Origin: Raillietiella orientalis | Taxonomy: Eukaryota | Direction of reading: 5' to 3' | Assembly (NCBI GenBank): GCA_036172245.1 | Contig: JAYWIR010000110.1 | Coordinates: 124,001 to 167,522, forward strand | DNA length: 43,522 bases | Part shown: positions 36,767 through 43,522 of the stretch, in pieces | Position numbering within the stretch: position 1 is the first letter of the stretch | Layout of the letters: each line of letters opens with the position of its first letter | Position numbers and translations under genes: made by a program | The notes under the pieces: generated by a model | What the model saw: only the letters and a program-made list of their open reading frames with translations | The model's database searches: none | Told to the model about the DNA's origin: nothing

Positions 36767-36899
36767 TTATGTGGTCCGAATTTGCAACTTTTGGGGGTTT
36801 GGAATCGATTCGAATTCAGCAGATTTCAGCTTTGCACTTTTGCGTTTTTCCACGGAGGTTCCGTTTTCAGATACAGGAAAATTCCCTTGATGGCTATAC

Positions 36900-39800
36900 G
36901 TACAAACGTACATTTGCGTGGGTTGAGAAGGACATTTAGATGAGTCCGACGTTTCATTAGGGTGGGGCACTGTGGACTCTGTGTCGTTTGCATAGTAACA
37001 AGTGTCGGAATTAGAAAGAAAAGGTTTTCCTTCTCTTTCATTCATTATCTGGTCCGAATTTGAAACTTTTGGGGGTTTGGAATCGATTCGACTTCAGCAG
37101 ATTTCACCTTTGCACTTTTGCGTTTTTCCACGGAGGATCCGTCTTCAGTGAACGCAAAATTGCTGTGATGGATATACGCGCAAACGTGCATTTTCGTGGG
37201 TTCAGAAGTACATTGAGATGAGTCCGACGTTTCATTAGGGTGAGGCACTGTGGACTCTGTGTCGTTTTCATAATGGCCAGTGTCGGAATTAGAAAGGGGA
37301 AGTTTTCCTTCTCTTTGCTTCATTCTGTGGCACGAGATTGCAACGTTTGGGGGTTTGGAATCAATTCGAAATAAGCACATTTCACCTTCGCACTTTTGCG
37401 TTCTTCCACGGAGGATCCGTTTTCAGTGACCGCAAAATTCCTGTGATGGATATACGCGCAAACGCCCATTTTCGTGGGTTCAGAAGGACATTGAGATGAG
37501 TCCGACGTTTCATTAGGGTGGGGTACTGTGGACTCTGTGTCGTTTTCATGGTAAGCAGTGTCGGAATTAGAGAGAAAAGGTTTTCCTTCTCTTTCATTCA
37601 TTATCTGGTCCGAATTTGAAACTTTTTGGGGTTTGGAATCGATTCGAATTCAGCAGATTTCACATTTGCACTTTTGCGTTTTTCCACGGAGGATCCGTTT
37701 TCAGTGACCGCAAAATTCCTGTGATGGATATACGCACAATCGTCCATTCTCGTTGGTTCAGAAGGACATTGAGATGAGTCCGACGTTTCATTAGGGTGGG
37801 GCACTGTGGACTCTGTGTCGTTTGCATAGTAACAAGTGTCGGAATTAGAAAGAAAAGGTTTTCCTTTTCTTCGATTCGTTATGTGTTCCGAATTTGCAAC
37901 TTTTAAAGGGTTTGGAATCAATTCGAAATCAGCAGATTTCACCTTTGCACTTTTGCGTTTTTGCACGGAGCATCCGTTTTCACTGACCGCAAAATTCGTG
38001 TGATGGATATACCCACAATCGTCCATTCTCGTTGGTTCAGAAGGACATTGAGATGAGTCCGACGTTTCATTAGGGTGGGGTACTGTGGACTCTGTGTCGT
38101 TTTCATGGTAAGCAGTGTCGGAATTAGAAAGAAAAGGTTTTCCTTCTCTTTCATTCATTATCTGGTCCGAATTTGAAACTTTTGGGGGTTTGGAATCGAT
38201 TCGAAATCAGCAGCTTTCACCTTTGCACTTTTGCGTTTTTCTACGGAGAATCCGTTTTCAGTGACCGCAAAATTCCTGTGATGGATATACGCACAATCGT
38301 CCATTCTCGTTGGTTCAGAAGGACATTGAGATGAGTCCGACGTTTCATTAGGGTGGGGCACTGTGGACTCTGTGTCGTTTGCATAGTAACAAGTGTCGGA
38401 ATTAGAAAGGGGAGGTTTTCCTTCTCTTCGATTCATTATCTGGTCCGAATTTGAAACTTTTGGGGGTTTGGAATCGATTCGAAATCAGCACATTTCACCT
38501 TTGCACTTTTGCGTTTTTCCACGGAGGATCCGTTTTCAGTGAACGCAAAATTCCTGTGATGGATATACGCGCAAACGTGCATTTTCGTGGGTTCAGAAGT
38601 ACATTGAGATGAGTCCGACGTTTCATTAGGGTGAGGCACTGTGGACTCTGTGTCGTTTTCATGGTGGCCAGTGTCGGAATTAGAAAGGGGAGGTTTTCCT
38701 TCTCTTCGATTCATTATCTGGTCCGAATTTGAAACTTTTGGGGGTTTGGAATCGATTCGAAATCAGCACATTTCACCTTTGCACTTTTGCGTTTTTCCAC
38801 GGAGGATCCGTTTTCAGTGAACGCAAAATTCCTGTGATGGATATACGCGCAAACGTTCATTTTCGTGGGTTCAGAAGTACATTGAGATGAGTCCGACGTT
38901 TCATTAGGGTGAGGCACTGTGGACTCTGTGTCGTTTTCATGGTGGCCAGTGTCGGAATTAGAAAGGGGAGGTTTTCCTTCTCTTTGATTCATTCTGTGGC
39001 ACGAGATTGCAACGTTTGGGGGTTTGGAATCAATTCGAAATCAGCACATTTCACCTTTGCACTTTTGCGTTCTTCCACGGAGGATCCGTTTTCAGTGACC
39101 GCAAAATTCCTGTGATAAATATACGCGCAAACGCCCATTTTCGTGGGTTCAGAAGGACATTGAGATGAGTCCGACGTTTCATTAGGGTGGGGTACTGTGG
39201 ACTCTGTGTCGTTTTCATGGTAAGCAGTGTCGGAATTAGAAAGAAAAGGTTTTCCTTCTCTTTCATTCATTATCTGGTCCGAATTTGAAACTTTTGGGGG
39301 TTTGGAATCGATTCGAATTCAGCAGATTTCACCTTTGCACTTTTGCGTTTTTCCACGGAGGATCCGTCTTCAGTGAACGCAAAATTGCTGTGATGGATAT
39401 ACGCGCAAACGTGCATTTTCGTGGGTTCAGAAGTACATTGAGATGAGTCCGACGTTTCATTAGGGTGAGGCACTGTGGACTCTGTGTCGTTTTCATGGTG
39501 GCCAGTGTCGGAATTAGAAAGGGGAGGTTTTCCTTCTCTTTGCTTCATTCTGTGGCACGAGATTGCAACGTTTGGGGGTTTGGAATCAATTCGAAATCAG
39601 CACATTTCACCTTTGCACTTTTGCGTTCTTCCACGGAGGATCCGTTTTCAGTGACCGCAAAATTCCTGTGATGGATATACGCGCAAACGCCCATTTTCGT
39701 GGGTTCAGAAGGACATTGAGATGAGTCCGACGTTTCATTAGGGTGGGGTACTGTGGACTCTGTGTCGTTTTCATCGTAAGCAGTGTCGGAATTAGAGAGA

Positions 39801-42800
39801 AAAGGTTTTCCTTCTCTTTCATTGATTATCTGGTCCGAATTTGAAACTTTTGGGGGTTTGGAATCGATTCGAAATCAGCAGCTTTCACCTTTGCACTTTT
39901 GCGTTTTTCTACGGAGAATCCGTTTTCAGTGACCGCAAAATTCCTGTGATGGATATACGCACAATCGTCCATTCTCGTTGGTTCAGAAGGACATTGAGAT
40001 GAGTCCGACGTTTCATTAGGGTGGGGCACTGTGGACTCTGTGTCGTTTGCATAGTAACAAGTGTCGGAATTAGAAAGGGGAGGTTTTCCTTCTCTTCGAT
40101 TCATTATCTGGTCCGAATTTGAAACTTTTGGGGGTTTGGAATCGATTCGAAATCAGCACATTTCACCTTTGCACTTTTGCGTTTTTCCACGGAGGATCCG
40201 TTTTCAGTGAACGCAAAATTCCTGTGATGGATATACGCGCAAACGTGCATTTTCGTGGGTTCAGAAGTACATTGAGATGAGTCCGACGTTTCATTAGGGT
40301 GAGGCACTGTGGACTCTGTGTCGTTTTCATGGTGGCCAGTGTCGGAATTAGAAAGGGGAGGTTTTCCTTCTCTTCGATTCATTATCTGGTCCGAATTTGA
40401 AACTTTTGGGGGTTTGGAATCGATTCGAAATCAGCACATTTCACCTTTGCACTTTTGCGTTTTTCCACGGAGGATCCGTTTTCAGTGAACGCAAAATTCC
40501 TGTGATGGATATACGCGCAAACGTGCATTTTCGTGGGTTCAGAAGTACATTGAGATGAGTCCGACGTTTCATTAGGGTGAGGCACTGTGGACTCTGTGTC
40601 GTTTTCATGGTGGCCAGTGTCGGAATTAGAAAGGGGAGGTTTTCCTTCTCTTTGATTCATTCTGTGGCACGAGATTGCAACGTTTGGGGGTTTGGAATCA
40701 ATTCGAAATCAGCACATTTCACCTTTGCACTTTTGCGTTCTTCCACGGAGGATCCGTTTTCAGTGACCGCAAAATTCCTGTGATGGATATACGCGCAAAC
40801 GCCCATTTTCGTGGGTTCAGAAGGACATTGAGATGAGTCCGACGTTTCATTAGGGTGGGGCACTGTGGACTCTGTGTCGTTTGCATAGTAACAAGTGTCG
40901 GAATTAGAAAGGGGAGGTTTTCCTTCTCTTCGATTCATTATCTGGTCCGAATTTGAAACTTTTGGGGGTTTGGAATCGATTCGAAATCAGCACATTTCAC
41001 CTTTGCACTTTTGCGTTTTTCCACGGAGGATCCGTTTTCAGTGAACGCAAAATTCCTGTGATGGATATACGCGCAAACGTGCATTTTCGTGGGTTCAGAA
41101 GTACATTGAGATGAGTCCGACGTTTCATTAGGGTGAGGCACTGTGGACTCTGTGTCGTTTTCATGGTGGCCAGTGTCGGAATTAGAAAGGGGAGGTTTTC
41201 CTTCTCTTCGATTCATTATCTGGTCCGAATTTGAAACTTTTGGGGGTTTGGAATCGATTCGAAATCAGCACATTTCACCTTTGCACTTTTGCGTTTTTCC
41301 ACGGAGGATCCGTTTTCAGTGAACGCAAAATTCCTGTGATGGATATACGCGCAAACGTTCATTTTCGTGGGTTCAGAAGTACATTGAGATGAGTCCGACG
41401 TTTCATTAGGGTGAGGCACTGTGGACTCTGTGTCGTTTTCATGGTGGCCAGTGTCGGAATTAGAAAGGGGAGGTTTTCCTTCTCTTTGATTCATTCTGTG
41501 GCACGAGATTGCAACGTTTGGGGGTTTGGAATCAATTCGAAATCAGCACATTTCACCTTTGCACTTTTGCGTTCTTCCACGGAGGATCCGTTTTCAGTGA
41601 CCGCAAAATTCCTGTGATAAATATACGCGCAAACGCCCATTTTCGTGGGTTCAGAAGGACATTGAGATGAGTCCGACGTTTCATTAGGGTGGGGTACTGT
41701 GGACTCTGTGTCGTTTTCATGGTAAGCAGTGTCGGAATTAGAAAGAAAAGGTTTTCCTTCTCTTTCATTCATTATCTGGTCCGAATTTGAAACTTTTGGG
41801 GGTTTGGAATCGATTCGAATTCAGCAGATTTCACCTTTGCACTTTTGCGTTTTTCCACGGAGGATCCGTCTTCAGTGAACGCAAAATTGCTGTGATGGAT
41901 ATACGCGCAAACGTGCATTTTCGTGGGTTCAGAAGTACATTGAGATGAGTCCGACGTTTCATTAGGGTGAGGCACTGTGGACTCTGTGTCGTTTTCATGG
42001 TGGCCAGTGTCGGAATTAGAAAGGGGAGGTTTTCCTTCTCTTTGCTTCATTCTGTGGCACGAGATTGCAACGTTTGGGGGTTTGGAATCAATTCGAAATC
42101 AGCACATTTCACCTTTGCACTTTTGCGTTCTTCCACGGAGGATCCGTTTTCAGTGACCGCAAAATTCCTGTGATGGATATACGCGCAAACGCCCATTTTC
42201 GTGGGTTCAGAAGGACATTGAGATGAGTCCGACGTTTCATTAGGGTGGGGTACTGTGGACTCTGTGTCGTTTTCATGGTAAGCAGTGTCGGAATTAGAGA
42301 GAAAAGGTTTTCCTTCTCTTTCATTCATTATCTGGTCCGAATTTGAAACTTTTTGGGGTTTGGAATCGATTCGAATTCAGCAGATTTCACATTTGCACTT
42401 TTGCGTTTTTCCACGGAGGATCCGTTTTCAGTGACCGCAAAATTCCTGTGATGGATATACGCACAATCGTCCATTCTCGTTGGTTCAGAAGGACATTGAG
42501 ATGAGTCCGACGTTTCATTAGGGTGGGGCACTGTGGACTCTGTGTCGTTTGCATAGTAACAAGTGTCGGAATTAGAAAGAAAAGGTTTTCCTTCTCTTTC
42601 ATTCATTATCTGGTCCGAATTTGAAACTTTTGGGGGTTTGGAATCGATTCGAATTCAGCAGATTTCACCTTTGCACTTTTGCGTTTTTCCACGGAGGATC
42701 CGTCTTCAGTGAACGCAAAATTGCTGTGATGGATATACGCGCAAACGTGCATTTTCGTGGGTTCAGAAGTACATTGAGATGAGTCCGACGTTTCATTAGG

Positions 42801-43522
42801 GTGAGGCACTGTGGACTCTGTGTCGTTTTCATGGTGGCCAGTGTCGGAATTAGAAAGGGGAGGTTTTCCTTCTCTTCGATTCATTATCTGGTCCGAATTT
42901 GAAACTTTTGGGGGTTTGGAATCGATTCGAAATCAGCAAGTTTCACCTTTGCACTTTTGCGTTTTTCCACGGAGGATCCGTTTTCAGTGAACGCAAAATT
43001 CCTGTGATGGATATACTCGCAAACGTTCATTTTCGTGGGTTCAGAAGTACATTGAGATGAGTCCGACGTTTCATTAGGGTGAGGCACTGTGGACTCTGTG
43101 TCGTTTTCATGGTGGCCAGTGTCGGAATTAGAAAGGGGAGGTTTTCCTTCTCTTTGATTCATTCTGTGGCACGAGATTGCAACGTTTGGGGGTTTGGAAT
43201 CAATTCGAAATCAGCACATTTCACCTTTGCACTTTTGCGTTCTTCCACGGAGGATCCGTTTTCAGTGACCGCAAAATTCCTGTGATAAATATACGCGCAA
43301 ACGCCCATTTTCGTGGGTTCAGAAGGACATTGAGATGAGTCCGACGTTTCATTAGGGTGGGGTACTGTGGACTCTGTGTCGTTTTCATGGTAAGCAGTGT
43401 CGGAATTAGAAAGAAAAGGTTTTCCTTCTCTTTCATTCATTATCTGGTCCGAATTTGAAACTTTTGGGGGTTTGGAATCGATTCGAATTCAGCAGATTTC
43501 ACCTTTGCACTTTTGCGTTTTT
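36900..43522. repeat. Domain B: distinct homogeneous subfamily of the same 278-bp satellite with short HORs (1668-bp and 2502-bp periods)
   Basis: Diagnostic alleles I did not see in domain A: ttatCtggtccgaatttgAaac, gaagTacattg, ggtgAggcac, atggtGGccagt, ggtaaGcagt, tctgtggCacgag, ttgcatagtaacaag. ORF matches: 38158/39826 and 38436/40104 (offset 1668); 38714/41216, 38989/41491 and 39270/41772 (offset 2502); 41491/43159 (offset 1668). Confidence 0.9.

Larger units (their letters stand above)
1..43522. repeat. Tandem satellite DNA array, ~278-bp monomer, ~156 head-to-tail copies, running off both window ends
   Basis: The motif ttatgtggtccgaatttgc (variants ttctgtggtacgagattgc and ttatctggtccgaatttga) recurs at 85, 362, 640, 919, 1197 ... 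43162, 43440 with 277-279 bp spacing. Near-invariant blocks such as gagtccgacgtttcattagggt and agtgtcggaatt occur once per unit. I saw no non-satellite sequence and no inversion. Confidence 0.99.

Noticed and set aside
320..43440. The many 60-185 aa ORFs as protein-coding genes
   Set aside because: They recur at monomer periodicity on both strands and in overlapping frames. Starts are often lost, nonsense and frameshift variants are common, substitutions are largely amino-acid changing, and I recognise no domain.
1..43522. CRISPR array or other repeat-spacer system
   Set aside because: There are no unique spacers. The variable middle of each unit is homologous across all monomers, and no cas-like ORF is present.
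1..43522. 5S rDNA, tRNA, snRNA or spliced-leader gene tandem array, or an inserted transposon
   Set aside because: I recognise no 5S, tRNA or snRNA sequence and no Pol III A/B/C boxes. There are no LTRs, TIRs, target-site duplications or breaks in monomer phase.
1..43522. Assignment to a named satellite family or species
   Set aside because: I do not recognise the monomer with confidence. A BLASTN, Dfam, Repbase or PlantSat search of the consensus is needed.

Overview
The whole 43.5-kb window is one uninterrupted head-to-tail tandem satellite array of about 156 copies of a ~278-bp monomer (277-279 bp, all in one orientation). It is eukaryotic in character, most plausibly centromeric, pericentromeric or subtelomeric heterochromatin. 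I cannot name the organism or satellite family from sequence alone. I see no credible gene, RNA gene, transposon or CRISPR array; the ORF track only repeats translations of the monomer. The interest is in the architecture, which I traced by eye using diagnostic SNPs, so monomer labels and breakpoints are approximate. (1) Domain A (1-~32050) is built from about 20 monomer subtypes in higher-order repeats (HORs): a ~19-mer with a 5280-bp period whose three copies look like different deletion products of a 21-mer, then a 20-mer (5560 bp) duplication and a 5-mer (1390 bp) tandem duplication. (2) A more diverged transition zone (~32050-36900) holds a 4-mer (1110 bp) duplication. (3) A distinct, more homogeneous subfamily, domain B (~36900-end), has 6-mer and 9-mer periodicity. 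Chimeric monomers, short conversion-like patches (one shared across ~11 kb between domains), CpG-decay variants and a covarying hairpin in each monomer are visible directly in the sequence.
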